Below are positions 7,892 through 18,520 of a DNA stretch of 64,000 nt, piece by piece. The notes under the pieces were generated by a model. That model worked only from the letters and a program-made list of their open reading frames with translations, searched no databases and was not told the origin of the DNA. Source of the DNA: an uncultured virus (IMG/VR IMGVR_UViG_3300038415_000320) (taxonomy: Duplodnaviria > Heunggongvirae > Uroviricota > Caudoviricetes). The stretch is from IMG/VR virus record IMGVR_UViG_3300038415_000320; one strand, written 5' to 3'. How positions within the stretch are numbered: the first letter of the stretch is position 1; every line of letters starts with the position of its first letter. The translations under genes and the position numbers were made by a program.

Positions 7892-8875
7892 ATGGTTATC
7901 AAGCTGAACATAAATACGGTATTAGGGATCTTAGGAGGTCTCGGGGTGTTTGCCCCTGATGTTGCATTTGTTGCTGCTTTTCTAGCCCGACAACATGTGA
8001 GCTGGCTGATTTATCCCGCAAAGGTTTTGGGCTTTTTGGCAGCATTTTTTGCGGCGGCCCCACTTGCAGTACCGAAGCTTAGGGCCTTTTTGGCGCTATT
8101 CAAGATGGCGACGCCCATAGGATCTGTGGTCGCTCCCATGGCTGTCAAAGATTCCCAAATAACTGGCGAATCCAAGTATCTGACCGGCGGCTCGGCGATT
8201 GCGGCGAAAGATCTTGCGAACTTAACGTCGGACATGTCCGGACATAACAAGGAGGCGGGCTTTATCGATCTAGAGTCATTGGTAATAATACTGAGTCTCG
8301 CTTGTTTTTTTCTTGCTACGCTGACTTGGACGATCTTAGCGCCCAAGATTGCGAGAGGTGGTGAGATAGCGGGATCGTCTCCGATCAGTTTAATAGACGG
8401 TGGTGCTCCTCTTGTGGGGACTGTGCCGGTTGTTCAAGTTCCCATGCAAATGGCTATTCCAACGTTGCCCGAGACCCAGCCGATTGTCGCGAGTACCAAA
8501 CCTGTTGCAAGGTTTTCATATGATTCCAAATATGGAGCGTGCAAAGGCAACTGGTGTTTAGCTCCCGCCTTGGCAGTTCAAGTAGTCCAGTATGTACCTT
8601 CGACAGGTGGCACCATGGAAGGGGTAGGTTTTACAGGTGGCTATGGGGTGGTCTGGCACACGTTTATTGATTTGGGGCTATCCTTGCACGGAGGCTTCCA
8701 GAAATCGAATGACAAGCCATTCACTGCTCAAGGTATAGCATTGTTCAATGTTGCCAACTATGTATCGTTTGGGCCTGGCTTTCTGATGCTAGGACAATCG
8801 AATGGTCCCGCCAAGTTTCAGTTGACCCTCAATTTCGGTGGCAGCTGGATACCGGGGCTTACAACTTCAAACTAG
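7892..8875 (+). CDS. Multi-TM membrane protein with a C-terminal beta-rich domain
   Basis: Several hydrophobic segments in the N-terminal half; amphipathic beta strands at the C-terminus. Confidence 0.55.
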   Translation: MVIKLNINTVLGILGGLGVFAPDVAFVAAFLARQHVSWLIYPAKVLGFLAAFFAAAPLAVPKLRAFLALFKMATPIGSVVAPMAVKDSQITGESKYLTGGSAIAAKDLANLTSDMSGHNKEAGFIDLESLVIILSLACFFLATLTWTILAPKIARGGEIAGSSPISLIDGGAPLVGTVPVVQVPMQMAIPTLPETQPIVASTKPVARFSYDSKYGACKGNWCLAPALAVQVVQYVPSTGGTMEGVGFTGGYGVVWHTFIDLGLSLHGGFQKSNDKPFTAQGIALFNVANYVSFGPGFLMLGQSNGPAKFQLTLNFGGSWIPGLTTSN

Positions 8876-8990
8876 AGAGATTTGCAGGAGTGCCATTATG
8901 AGACAGACATTTCATCTTCCAACAATGTCGATATTGATGAAGCCTGCAAGCCTCGGCGTTTATGAGTCGGACTATTCTTTTGAGAAAAAT

Positions 8991-9249
8991 AGAGGCTTGA
9001 GGAAATGAATGGCGCCTCATCGACCTCGAAAGGTCCTATGTAGATCTAGGGCTGGCCTTTTATGGAGGCTTCCAGAAATCAAGTGATAAGCCTTTCACCG
9101 CTCAAATCTTATCAATGTTCAATGTAGCAAACTACGTATCCTTCGGACCCGGTGTTCAGGTGCCAGGACAATCGAGCGGTCCTACTAAATATCGGCTGAT
9201 CATTGGCTTTGCTGCCAACTGGATACCGGGGCTGACAGGTTCGAAGTAG
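8991..9249 (+). pseudogene. Chimeric remnant: a 48-bp copy of 9850-9897 followed by a diverged copy of the last ~68 codons of 7892..8875
   Basis: Direct nucleotide similarity; DLGLAFYGGFQKS...WIPGLTGSK* is open but has no start. Confidence 0.7.
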
Positions 9250-9281
9250 AAGAGACGCTCTCAGATCAAAGGAGTCTTACA

Positions 9282-10247
9282 GTGATACAATTCTTTTCTC
9301 TGGCCATGAAACCACAAACTGTCGATAACAATGGGTATCACCCTGGACTTTTTGATCTCGAATATATCTTCGGAGAAATAGCTAGCAGACAGGTGTTTGT
9401 TCCGACGATCTTACATTTGAAGGTCGTTGGAAAGGGAACCTTAACTCTTGAAGGTGTTAAGGTTGGGGACGCCAATTTAACCTTCAATCGACTAGATACA
9501 CCTGAAGAGAGTAGGTCGTACGGTTTGTCAGCGGTATTTCTACGGAACCATCAAAAGGTCGTTATTAGAGTTAAAAGTCCGGGAGAACCTAAAACGATAA
9601 CGGGACAGCTCGATGGTCTGCTCATGTCTTTAGAGGATGTTGGTACTTTCGATGATGCTGACGCTTTCACGGCGGAACGATTTTTGAATTCAGTCGTTTG
9701 TGCCAACTCTACAGAGAAACCAAGCAGAGTTAAATGGTTCAAAAACACTCTGAATAACCATCCTATTCGAACTGAGTTGTCACAAGCGATTATCGATCTG
9801 ATCAAGGTCTGCGCTTTTCCAGTTCGAGTGATGTTAGAGCTGACATCCAAGAGGCTTGAGGAAATGAATGGTGCCTCATCGACCTCGAAAGGTCCTACAC
9901 AGAACTTTCTTGTTCAGTTTGAAAAGACAAAAATTACAAAGGGGATGACGGCAAATATTTGCTATCATTCGCTAGTGAGTTTCAGGCCTATGTGTCTGGA
10001 GATCCCCAGAGCGATTCGGGAGTATTTTCAGATCATTGACATCAGAGTGGGCAAAAACTCTCAGTTGCTATCAGCCGTTCCGATTCCAGCGACCGTCTTT
10101 TCCAAGGAAGATGGCACTCCCGTCCTTCTGAAGATGGACGTTGCGAAGCCAGGTTATGATATTGTATTGTCCGTAACAAACGTTGACAGCATCGACCGAG
10201 AATTTGAGGCTACAATGTTTGGTCAAGTTGAGGAACGGTATCCATGA
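9282..10247 (+). CDS. Protein with a C-terminal (and probably a degenerate N-terminal) copy of the capsid-like beta-sandwich domain
   Basis: FRPMCLEIP...FQIIDIRVGKNSQL...LKMDVA...LSVTN matches 5839..6441. Confidence 0.7.
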   Translation: MIQFFSLAMKPQTVDNNGYHPGLFDLEYIFGEIASRQVFVPTILHLKVVGKGTLTLEGVKVGDANLTFNRLDTPEESRSYGLSAVFLRNHQKVVIRVKSPGEPKTITGQLDGLLMSLEDVGTFDDADAFTAERFLNSVVCANSTEKPSRVKWFKNTLNNHPIRTELSQAIIDLIKVCAFPVRVMLELTSKRLEEMNGASSTSKGPTQNFLVQFEKTKITKGMTANICYHSLVSFRPMCLEIPRAIREYFQIIDIRVGKNSQLLSAVPIPATVFSKEDGTPVLLKMDVAKPGYDIVLSVTNVDSIDREFEATMFGQVEERYP

Positions 10248-10690
10248 GTGAAGCTGGTATCGTTATGACTGAGCCGTGCGAGCAGGTTGTCTTCGATGTA
10301 GGCTATCTAGGCGAGCTAGATGACCTACCAAGGTATTGCTTGGAGGCGCTGGCCTTATTGGAGATGCTCGAACAGTTAGGCTTCGCGTCAGAAGAGCTAT
10401 GTTTTGCTCTTTTGTCAGACGGTCTGTATTGGATGGTGATGGTCCATGAAGCCAGAGCTATCGAGCTATTGGATGGCGACACGATCTATCCTATTAAGGC
10501 CGTTGACATGCCGAAGGGCCTGCAGCTTCGAGAAATCTACATGGCGATGATCAAGGCAGCCACCAGGTGGGGCAGGGCAGGGGCGGCTAGCCGTCGAGCC
10601 GTGTTGACAGCCTCCAAGGTCCGAAGTCGAGAAGGTGCCCTCAAGGTCGAGCTATCGAGCCTGGAGCTATTACCGGAGCCGCGGAACTGA
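10244..10690 (+). CDS. Hypothetical protein
   Basis: ATGA-coupled 148-aa ORF. Confidence 0.55.
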   Translation: MSEAGIVMTEPCEQVVFDVGYLGELDDLPRYCLEALALLEMLEQLGFASEELCFALLSDGLYWMVMVHEARAIELLDGDTIYPIKAVDMPKGLQLREIYMAMIKAATRWGRAGAASRRAVLTASKVRSREGALKVELSSLELLPEPRN

Positions 10691-10721
10691 TCTGCCTAAA
10701 AATCGAAAGTTCAAGACACAA

Positions 10722-11978
10722 ATGAATAATAGATTATACAGTTCCATTGTTGCGCTTCGAGATCCAATGGATTTCTGTACTGACAAAAGGCCCACGGTAT
10801 CCTTAGTGATCTTGGCAAGATCTGAAGGACTTGAAAACACTCAACTTATGCGTGAGGTTGTTCCTCACGTAGATGAGGTAATAGTCATCGCGGTTGATAT
10901 CTCTAGGAGTACCATTGATTCTTGGAAGACCCATCCCGCAATGTCAGGCAAAGTTTCCATAATAGAGGTTAATGATTCAAGCCACCCTGAACTATATTTT
11001 AAAGATGAGGCTGGGACCTATAGTACAGGGGAGCCATTGTTTGGTGAGGCCTTCAAAGGACCGTTCTCAGGACAAAACATCATTGCCGACTGGTCTAAGG
11101 TATGTAATTTAGGGTGGAAGCGCTGCACGCAGGAGTGGCGTTTGTTCGTAGATAGCGACGAAGAATTATCCGACGGGTTGTATATTAGCAGTGTTTGCTG
11201 GCAATTGAATAGTCATGGCATTGAGTCAGGCAGTGTTCTTAATAGGCGATCTATCTGGGGTTTCGCCGATTCTCGAAAGGGTCAGATAACAACGTGTCGA
11301 CTAGCTAAAAATGGGATCCTCACGAGTTGGGTTGGGGAGGCGCGAGAATCTCTTGAATGTAGCCGCAAGATGGCCATAATCGATGGATCGCTAAGAATTA
11401 GGCAGAGCGATTCGGTCTTTAGCCTCGACGCGCAGCTCAATTATTTCAAGACGTTGTATGCTAATGCTCGGGCCAACAATTGGAACATCGCACCGTGCAA
11501 TCTTCTTTATATAGCGCAGTTATCAGAGCTAGCTGGCATGCCAGCTTTTGCTGATCAAGCTATATCAACTTATTTGGACTCTTCGCTGTATACCGAAGAG
11601 AGAGCCTGGGCATGCGCGTTGAGAGGCCAACAATTTGAACGAGTGGCTAACTATGAACAAGCATCTGTCTGGTATGAGAGATCTTTGGCTGAACACCCTG
11701 GATTCAAATCAGCCTATCGACTTTGTCGCAGTCGACATCAGGAACGCATGTGGGATAAATGTCTAGACGCCTTCTGGCGAGGGATTGAGAACAATTTTTT
11801 CGTGCACACAGTCGACGATGGAGCTGAGAGTCAAGAACTGTCGCTTATTCTGGCAATATCGGCCCTCACTCAACTTGGTCGAAAGTCTGAGGCTAGAGAG
11901 TATTATCAGATTCTTCAACAGTTCTTTCCCGGTAACATGGCCATTATTCGAATGGGAGAACAGTTAAACTGCAAATGA
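10722..11978 (+). CDS. GT2-like glycosyltransferase with C-terminal TPR repeats
   Basis: VDEVIV, W...CN...W.LFVDSDE (DxD), TPR-like helices; paralog of 48174 and 54530. Confidence 0.7.
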   Translation: MNNRLYSSIVALRDPMDFCTDKRPTVSLVILARSEGLENTQLMREVVPHVDEVIVIAVDISRSTIDSWKTHPAMSGKVSIIEVNDSSHPELYFKDEAGTYSTGEPLFGEAFKGPFSGQNIIADWSKVCNLGWKRCTQEWRLFVDSDEELSDGLYISSVCWQLNSHGIESGSVLNRRSIWGFADSRKGQITTCRLAKNGILTSWVGEARESLECSRKMAIIDGSLRIRQSDSVFSLDAQLNYFKTLYANARANNWNIAPCNLLYIAQLSELAGMPAFADQAISTYLDSSLYTEERAWACALRGQQFERVANYEQASVWYERSLAEHPGFKSAYRLCRSRHQERMWDKCLDAFWRGIENNFFVHTVDDGAESQELSLILAISALTQLGRKSEAREYYQILQQFFPGNMAIIRMGEQLNCK

Positions 11979-12817
11979 TTATCGCACTACAGTATTGCGA
12001 AGGTGACATGGAGCAGACCATGTCGTTGGCTAGATTGCTAGCAGATATCCAGCCGGGATATCGAGACGATGTGTTGCTAGCGTTAGTCTGTCAGCCAAAC
12101 ACTCCAATGACTGCCTTGATGGAAAAGACAATTGTTCATTGCTCTCGGCGTTTTCCCGTGGAGCATGTAGTGTCTCCCTTAGGTGCTAAGGGTCATCCGG
12201 AAGGATGCACGTTTTTGTGGGCTGGGACCATGAAACATTACTACGACCTGTTCAAGAGCGGCCAGTGTAAGCACACGGCTATTATGACCTTGGACGGTGG
12301 TGATGGGGTGCCATTACATCTGAATTGGCTGGACTTGGTTATAAACGAACATGCCTTTACACTGGCCTCATCTAAGCTGATCACTGGATCTCCATATTGG
12401 CTGGGAGGCTGTCCTTTGCACCTTAACCCGAATTCGGTGTTTGAATTTTCAGTGCTTGATAAGACAACATTTATCACCGACATTCCTCGCTTCAATGGCT
12501 CCTTACTAAGCCACTTTGACATCTACCATCGCCGCGACATGGTAGCTAACGCATCACTGTCAACTATTGTGCATACAGATTGGCGTGGAGCGGGAAATAA
12601 AATCTCAATGGAGCTTATGAGGGAGCGAGCCGGAAGATCAATTTGGCTTCATGGTTACAAGGACAAATGTCTCTATTGGACCGCTCGACAGTATCTGTTC
12701 GGATCTGATTTAGTTCGTCCCGTACTGCAACGTTACGACGCCTCCCATCTTTATATAGAAGAGGCAATTCGGCATAGGTCAAATCACTCTCCACAGCCGT
12801 TCGCCAAGAATAGCTGA
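11975..12817 (+). CDS. Hypothetical protein, possibly GT-A fold
   Basis: Coupled to the GT gene; acidic TLDGGDGVP motif; C-terminal WLHG.KD. Confidence 0.45.
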   Translation: MIIALQYCEGDMEQTMSLARLLADIQPGYRDDVLLALVCQPNTPMTALMEKTIVHCSRRFPVEHVVSPLGAKGHPEGCTFLWAGTMKHYYDLFKSGQCKHTAIMTLDGGDGVPLHLNWLDLVINEHAFTLASSKLITGSPYWLGGCPLHLNPNSVFEFSVLDKTTFITDIPRFNGSLLSHFDIYHRRDMVANASLSTIVHTDWRGAGNKISMELMRERAGRSIWLHGYKDKCLYWTARQYLFGSDLVRPVLQRYDASHLYIEEAIRHRSNHSPQPFAKNS

Positions 12818-12907
12818 GGAATTCTCTGAGGCGATGATTGTTCTCGACATTGACATTGAGGCCCAATCGTTAATACCGAATATTTAGTGTGAGATAAAGG
12901 ATTCAAC

Positions 12908-13975
12908 ATGTACTGTTCCAATCCCTTTGAGCGAATGGAAATAAAGGCCGATGGCAGTGTCTATTGTTGTTGCGAAGGATGGCTGCCCACCTCTTTAGGA
13001 AATATCTTAACGGATAATCTGGATGAAATCTGGAACGGCCAATCCGCCAGATCTATTCGCGGAAGTATTACTGATCAGAGTTTTCGCTATTGTCGCTCTT
13101 GCCCATTCTTGCCATTAGGAGGCGGCCCAGTTGTAAACGATAAGCCTCGCTCAGAATCTGATGGTTTGATTAAGACGTTGAAACTGGATTACGATCAATC
13201 CTGTAATCTAACTTGTCCGAGTTGTCGAGTTTTACACTCCAGAGACTTTGTGGATGTGGCCAAGGTAAAGAGCATCCACCAGGCCATGCTTGACAGTGGT
13301 GTGTTGAGACGAACTTCCAAGTTATATGTTACGGGCTCCGGAGATCCATTTGCATCTGATCTCTATTGGAATTTTCTAAGATCTCTTCCGACGATCGAGC
13401 ATCACAATGACATGACAATTTTCCTACACACAAATGGGTTATTGTTTGACAGGCGTCATTGGGAGGAATTGGGCAGCACACGAGATCTGATCACAGAGGT
13501 TGGCATCTCAGTTGATGCCGCTTCGGAGCCTACCTATAGAACAAACCGAGGAGCCTCATGGGAGAAATTATGGTCTAACATCGATTTTATCAACGACCTG
13601 AAGGCCAATGGTCGAAATCTCATGCTAGGAATGTTCTATACCATACAAGCCAACAACTTCATGGAGACCATCCCATTTGTGCGCATGGCATTCAACTATG
13701 GAGCAGCCTGGATTTCTATAACAGCTCTACGTAATTGGGGTACATATACTCCAGACGATTATCAAAGTCGAGCAGTTCATCTTCCATCGCATCCAATGTA
13801 TTCGGCATTCCGAGCGATGATTTCAGACCCGTATTTGACATCAAATCGCCGTGTGATTCTTGACTCGTTTAATCCTGAATATACCAGACAGCAACATATC
13901 ATTAACCCCAGAGCCACACTACCCTCCGAGGTTATCCAGCACATTCAAACAGAGGGACGATATGTTGATTCCTAA
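12908..13975 (+). CDS. Radical SAM protein with an N-terminal SPASM-like domain
   Basis: CNLTCPSC, GSGDPF, TNG; N-terminal C..PF...CC...GN...IW. Confidence 0.85.
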   Translation: MYCSNPFERMEIKADGSVYCCCEGWLPTSLGNILTDNLDEIWNGQSARSIRGSITDQSFRYCRSCPFLPLGGGPVVNDKPRSESDGLIKTLKLDYDQSCNLTCPSCRVLHSRDFVDVAKVKSIHQAMLDSGVLRRTSKLYVTGSGDPFASDLYWNFLRSLPTIEHHNDMTIFLHTNGLLFDRRHWEELGSTRDLITEVGISVDAASEPTYRTNRGASWEKLWSNIDFINDLKANGRNLMLGMFYTIQANNFMETIPFVRMAFNYGAAWISITALRNWGTYTPDDYQSRAVHLPSHPMYSAFRAMISDPYLTSNRRVILDSFNPEYTRQQHIINPRATLPSEVIQHIQTEGRYVDS

Positions 13976-14684
13976 AACGTTCCATTATGTCTGGCTGGGA
14001 ACAATGCCGATGCACCCACTTATGATCGAGTGGCAGCTAAAAATGACTTCCTTACATCCTGACTGGGAGGTGCGTGTTTGGCGAGAAGATTTATCCTTAA
14101 CGAATGCATTTCTGACTAGCAACGATGAGTTGATTGAATGTCGGCACGCTCCGTATCTTGCACAGTGCCCGACTTATGCTAAACGCTCAGATGTGTGGCG
14201 ATACGAAATACTTGAACAAAAGGGTGGGGTATATCTTGATACTGACTTTGAACCCATCAAAAATTTTGAGCCCATTCTGAGTGACAAAACAGCCTTCGCT
14301 GGCTTGTGTGAGACTCGGTATGGCTGGAGCGACGATTGTCCTAAAGGCAGTATCAAACTAGAGGTTGGCTGTTCGATTGTTGGATGTGTGCCCCATCATC
14401 CTTGGATCCAGGAGCTAGTCGATGGCATTCCGAATCAGAGTGCTATTGAACCTTTGTCTTTAGCTTTTCCGTACATTACAGAATCTGTGAAGAAACACCC
14501 TGAAGTCCATTGTTTTCCAACTGAGACTTTTTACCCTGTGACCTGGGACAAATATGCTCTAGGAGGTCGCAGATCGCTACGTAAAGAAACCCTTCCAGCT
14601 GGTACATATGCAGCTCATCGCTGGTCTAGTAATTGGTTTGGTAATGGACTCAAACCACTATTAACAGACGCTGCCAGTAAATAA
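13962..14684 (+). CDS. Glycosyltransferase family 32 (OCH1-like, DXD)
   Basis: IPKTFHYVWLG, SDVWRYEIL..GGVYLDTD. Confidence 0.85.
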   Translation: MLIPKTFHYVWLGTMPMHPLMIEWQLKMTSLHPDWEVRVWREDLSLTNAFLTSNDELIECRHAPYLAQCPTYAKRSDVWRYEILEQKGGVYLDTDFEPIKNFEPILSDKTAFAGLCETRYGWSDDCPKGSIKLEVGCSIVGCVPHHPWIQELVDGIPNQSAIEPLSLAFPYITESVKKHPEVHCFPTETFYPVTWDKYALGGRRSLRKETLPAGTYAAHRWSSNWFGNGLKPLLTDAASK

Positions 14685-14700
14685 ACAAGATTTAAGACTG

Positions 14701-14723
14701 TTTGGTTGGGCGCGCCGACCAAA
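14701..14723. terminator. Hairpin between convergent genes
   Basis: TTTGGTTGG-GCGCG-CCGACCAAA. Confidence 0.45.
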
Positions 14724-14740
14724 TGCTCAACCACAACACA

Positions 14741-15757
14741 TCACTCAAATACTCGCCTCTCCGATGGTCCTATTATTAGATTATCATCCCTAACAAAACC
14801 TGGCATGTCATCAATTATCCCGAAATTCCTAGGTGTAACACCCGACCATTTAGAATAAGTATGCACTGGCGTGCTAAACACTTTGGCAAAAAATGAGTTT
14901 CCATAGCAGAACTGACAATACTCATTTTCGATATTGTCATTAAACCAGGGCTCACTCAGCATGGATAGGTAACGATCGTCGTCTTGGTCTAATTGAACGA
15001 CCTCATCGACGACGTCATCTAGTGATGGGTAATCATTGCAGTTAATGAAGCTTTTAGGGTTAAATTCTCTGGCAATCAAAGGATTGCCCCAGTATATGGG
15101 CAAACTATTGATTTTCATGGGAGCGACGATCTTTTCGGTGGTGTATCCGGGATAGCGAGAATTCTCAAAAGCGATACTGAACTTATAAGGCGTAATGAAT
15201 TCTAGTTTTCCACGGGGACCAGCTAGTCCAGGCGCAGCTCGATAGCCCATGTTGTTGAACACGCTACCGGCAGAGTCTACGGGCTTGTAGGCGGACAGTT
15301 TCCGATAAAACAAAAGCCTTGTTTGTGCTTCATTGTTGCTGCAAATGAAACTACTGAACCGAGTTTTGGATTTCAGAATGGCCTCGGGATTAAAACTCGC
15401 AGTCTTTACTAACTCGCCTGGAACAAGGTCCTTAACATAGTTAGGCAGTCGTAGATGGCGAGGCTCATCCGCCAGATAGTCAAATGATACGGCGTAGTCG
15501 CAGTTTGAAAAATTCGGTCGGAAATTCTCATCAGTAAACCAGATCTTAACGCAGTGGTCGTACCGAGGATGGGCGTGTTCAAATCCGATCACGGAATAGA
15601 ATAGATAATCTGGCTCATCAACGATTTCTAGGTTGAAGTGTGGACGAAGACGCGTAAGTATGTAGTTATTGGGGAGATAGGACCAGCTTGGATAGCAATC
15701 AACAAATTTTATCCTATGAGTTGCCACAGCACCTAGAATGCTAATGAGATCTCGCAT
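14741..15757 (-). CDS. Glycosyltransferase family 10 (alpha-1,3/4-fucosyltransferase-like)
   Basis: YKFSIAFENS..PGYTTEKI...PIYWG, FNPKSFIN. Confidence 0.9.
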   Translation of the reverse strand: MRDLISILGAVATHRIKFVDCYPSWSYLPNNYILTRLRPHFNLEIVDEPDYLFYSVIGFEHAHPRYDHCVKIWFTDENFRPNFSNCDYAVSFDYLADEPRHLRLPNYVKDLVPGELVKTASFNPEAILKSKTRFSSFICSNNEAQTRLLFYRKLSAYKPVDSAGSVFNNMGYRAAPGLAGPRGKLEFITPYKFSIAFENSRYPGYTTEKIVAPMKINSLPIYWGNPLIAREFNPKSFINCNDYPSLDDVVDEVVQLDQDDDRYLSMLSEPWFNDNIENEYCQFCYGNSFFAKVFSTPVHTYSKWSGVTPRNFGIIDDMPGFVRDDNLIIGPSERRVFE

Positions 15758-15792
15758 GACAGTCAAGCAAGCGCATAGAGGTTAGGAGACCC

Positions 15793-16764
15793 ATGTACTG
15801 CCATAGGCCATTTTCACAGTTATACATTGACGAGCAGGGAGACTGTCATCTGTGTTGTCCTTTCTGGATCGACAAACCAGCTGGGAACCTATTCCAGACC
15901 CCCTTGATGGAGATCTGGAGAGGTTCAGAAGCTACCTCGATTAGAGAGTCAATTTCAGATCAGAGCTTCAGGTATTGCGGCAATTGTCGAAATCGTCAGA
16001 CCATCGAGGCGTCTCCTCGACCATACAGTTTAGATGTGATCGACTCTCTAACATTGAGTTATGATCCGTCGTGCAACCTGCAGTGTCCCAGCTGTCGCGG
16101 CTCCTCTAGACTGCCATCTGCTAAGGCCATAGAGATTCACCGTCGGGTGCTTGATTCTGGTGTGCTCGAACATTCACGATGTCTGACAATGCTTGGCAGT
16201 GGCGATCCGTTTGCTTCAAAGCTAACCCGAGACTTGATGAGCCAACTGCCACAACTTAAGCATCATCCTCAGCTTGAGCTGTGCCTACAGACCAATGGTA
16301 TACTATTCACACCTGAGCGACTGACTGAAATACTGTCCAATGGACTCAAAATTCGCCGGGTATTGGTCTCGATCGATGCTGCCACCCCAGAAACCTACAG
16401 CAAGCTTCGTGGAGGCCAGTGGAATGTACTTATGACCAACATTTGCAACCTCCGAGAGCACAACATTCCTCTGCAGCTTAATTTTGTGGTGCAAGAAGAT
16501 AACTACAAGGAGATAGTAGCTTTTGTGGAGCTGAGTCGGAACTTGGGGGCTCTTATAGTTTATTTTTCGGCACTAGAGAACTGGGGACAATTCTCAAAGG
16601 AAGAGTACGAAAAAGTCGCTGTTCATCTACGATCGCATCCGCACAACAAAGACCTTCACGATTTATTGTGGAGTCTTAATTGGTGGGAGCGCCGCTCTCC
16701 GATCATAAACATAAGCAGCCTGTCCAGCTTGTTTCAAAAGGAAACAACATGCAATTGTCCCTAG
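15793..16764 (+). CDS. Radical SAM/SPASM protein (paralog of 12908..13975)
   Basis: CNLQCPSC, GSGDPF, TNG, ISDQSFRYC. Confidence 0.85.
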   Translation: MYCHRPFSQLYIDEQGDCHLCCPFWIDKPAGNLFQTPLMEIWRGSEATSIRESISDQSFRYCGNCRNRQTIEASPRPYSLDVIDSLTLSYDPSCNLQCPSCRGSSRLPSAKAIEIHRRVLDSGVLEHSRCLTMLGSGDPFASKLTRDLMSQLPQLKHHPQLELCLQTNGILFTPERLTEILSNGLKIRRVLVSIDAATPETYSKLRGGQWNVLMTNICNLREHNIPLQLNFVVQEDNYKEIVAFVELSRNLGALIVYFSALENWGQFSKEEYEKVAVHLRSHPHNKDLHDLLWSLNWWERRSPIINISSLSSLFQKETTCNCP

Positions 16765-17471
16765 CTACAGGGTGTATGAACCGATCGGCGAGCTTGCGCT
16801 GGGCATTGCCGAGTTGGCTGGCTCAGCCGGAAGTTGAAGAGATCGTCCTTGTTGACTGGGGCTCCAGCTCGCCGCTTCATTTAGATCTGGCCGACTTCAC
16901 AGATGTTCGAATTCGATTCATTCAGGTTGAAGGCCCTCGATATTGGTGCGCCGCCCGCTGCCACAACATTGAGATCATAGCTGCTTCCGGCGAGAACCTG
17001 CTGCGCATCGACTCCGATGTTCAGATTACCCCCAAATTCTTCGAGAGACATCCACTTGAAAGAGATGATCTGTTCTGGACCACGTCTTGGGATCACTGCA
17101 GCGGCAATGACTGCCACTTGTACGGCACTGTCTACTCCCGACGCAAAAATTTCTTGCTCGTTAATGGCTACAATGAACGCCTGCAGTCCTATGGCTTTGA
17201 AGACGATGACATCTACCATCGTATGCTCGCGGCTGGACTTAAACGAGGATCCGCCGATGGCTCGACAATGAAGCATCTACCCCATGATGAAGCCAGTCGA
17301 CTTTGCCACATTTCGCCCGAATTCGCTGTGGAAACTGAGTTGCAAGGTATCATGAAGAATAACCAGATTTCAATTGATCAGCCTTGGAACTCCCATAGCG
17401 ACCATATGACCAGTTGGCATATTACACAGGCCTCGCCGAACCTCTGGCTTTATCGGACAGCGGACTCGTAG
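16749..17471 (+). CDS. GT2/GT7-type (galactosyltransferase-like) glycosyltransferase
   Basis: VLVDWGS, IDSD, VNGYNE...YGFEDDD. Confidence 0.8.
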   Translation: MQLSLATGCMNRSASLRWALPSWLAQPEVEEIVLVDWGSSSPLHLDLADFTDVRIRFIQVEGPRYWCAARCHNIEIIAASGENLLRIDSDVQITPKFFERHPLERDDLFWTTSWDHCSGNDCHLYGTVYSRRKNFLLVNGYNERLQSYGFEDDDIYHRMLAAGLKRGSADGSTMKHLPHDEASRLCHISPEFAVETELQGIMKNNQISIDQPWNSHSDHMTSWHITQASPNLWLYRTADS

Positions 17472-17482
17472 TTTTCAGCCCT

Positions 17483-18487
17483 TCATGGAACAACCCATCC
17501 TCCACTTTTTGACGATCGAAATATAGCCTCAATCACCCGAGCATTGGCAGCTGAATCCTCCAGTGGAATTGGAGCCGGTGTCGAGTTTTGAATGGACTGG
17601 CAGAACATGTTACACATGTGCTCCCACTGATTGCATCGGGGCAGCTCAATAATTTCGTCTCGGTATTCACTGCCTATGCGAGTTCGGATCGTAAGCTCTG
17701 TGGGAGAGGAATGGCTCATCGTCCATGGATCGCTCATAACCAGACTAGCTCGCTCCCCTATAATCTCAAGTGATTGATGCGAAGCCGATCTCGTTGAACA
17801 TGTGAAAATTGATCGTCCTTGATCAAAGTCCATAATCACGGTCGAATGCTTGTCCACCCGAAATCTTAAATCGTAGTCGAGTAGTCCCATTACCCTTGTA
17901 GGTTCTCGCTCATAGAGAAAGCGAGACATCGTGATTGGATAGAACCCTAGATCTAAAAGACTGCCCCCTCCCATCTCTGCCTGATTTCGAATATCGTCCT
18001 CCGAATCGTTGTAGTTGCTGAAGCTTCCAATAATAGCCCTCAGCGGTCCTAGCCGGTCTTCTCTTACTAGATCTCGGGCTCTGAGCCACCTCGGACAGGT
18101 GAGTGTCATGGCAGCTTCTTGAACAATGAGTCCTGTCTTGTCTCGAAGTGCGATGAGCTGGTCAACTTCAGCAGCCTTCAATGCCAAGGGCTTTTCACAC
18201 AGGACATGCTTTCCAGATTCAAGTGCCTTGGCGGCCCACTGCACATGCATATGGTTCGGTAATGGTACGTAGACGGCTTCAACTTTTGGATCGGCCAACA
18301 ACTCCAGATAAGACCCATACGCACTCTGTACTTTGAACCTACTCGCCCACGCTACCGACTTGTCGAGAGATCGTGATGCTATGGCTACAATGTGACCCGT
18401 CTCGCTGGCCTGCATGGAGGGAATCATCATGTCTGTGGCAAACTTGGAGGTGCCTAGTATGCCCCAACCGATTTTGGAGTTGCTCAT
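17483..18487 (-). CDS. Gfo/Idh/MocA family oxidoreductase
   Basis: WGILG, AVYVPLPN..H, GKHVLCEKP, GGGSLLDLG.Y. Confidence 0.9.
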   Translation of the reverse strand: MSNSKIGWGILGTSKFATDMMIPSMQASETGHIVAIASRSLDKSVAWASRFKVQSAYGSYLELLADPKVEAVYVPLPNHMHVQWAAKALESGKHVLCEKPLALKAAEVDQLIALRDKTGLIVQEAAMTLTCPRWLRARDLVREDRLGPLRAIIGSFSNYNDSEDDIRNQAEMGGGSLLDLGFYPITMSRFLYEREPTRVMGLLDYDLRFRVDKHSTVIMDFDQGRSIFTCSTRSASHQSLEIIGERASLVMSDPWTMSHSSPTELTIRTRIGSEYRDEIIELPRCNQWEHMCNMFCQSIQNSTPAPIPLEDSAANARVIEAIFRSSKSGGWVVP

Positions 18488-18520
18488 GCACGTATTGTGC
18501 CCTATTCTGCTTAGCTAGTC

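Noticed and set aside
8669..9249. Possible DGR template/variable repeat pair
   Set aside because: Differences are largely synonymous and not adenine-specific, and no reverse transcriptase is in the window
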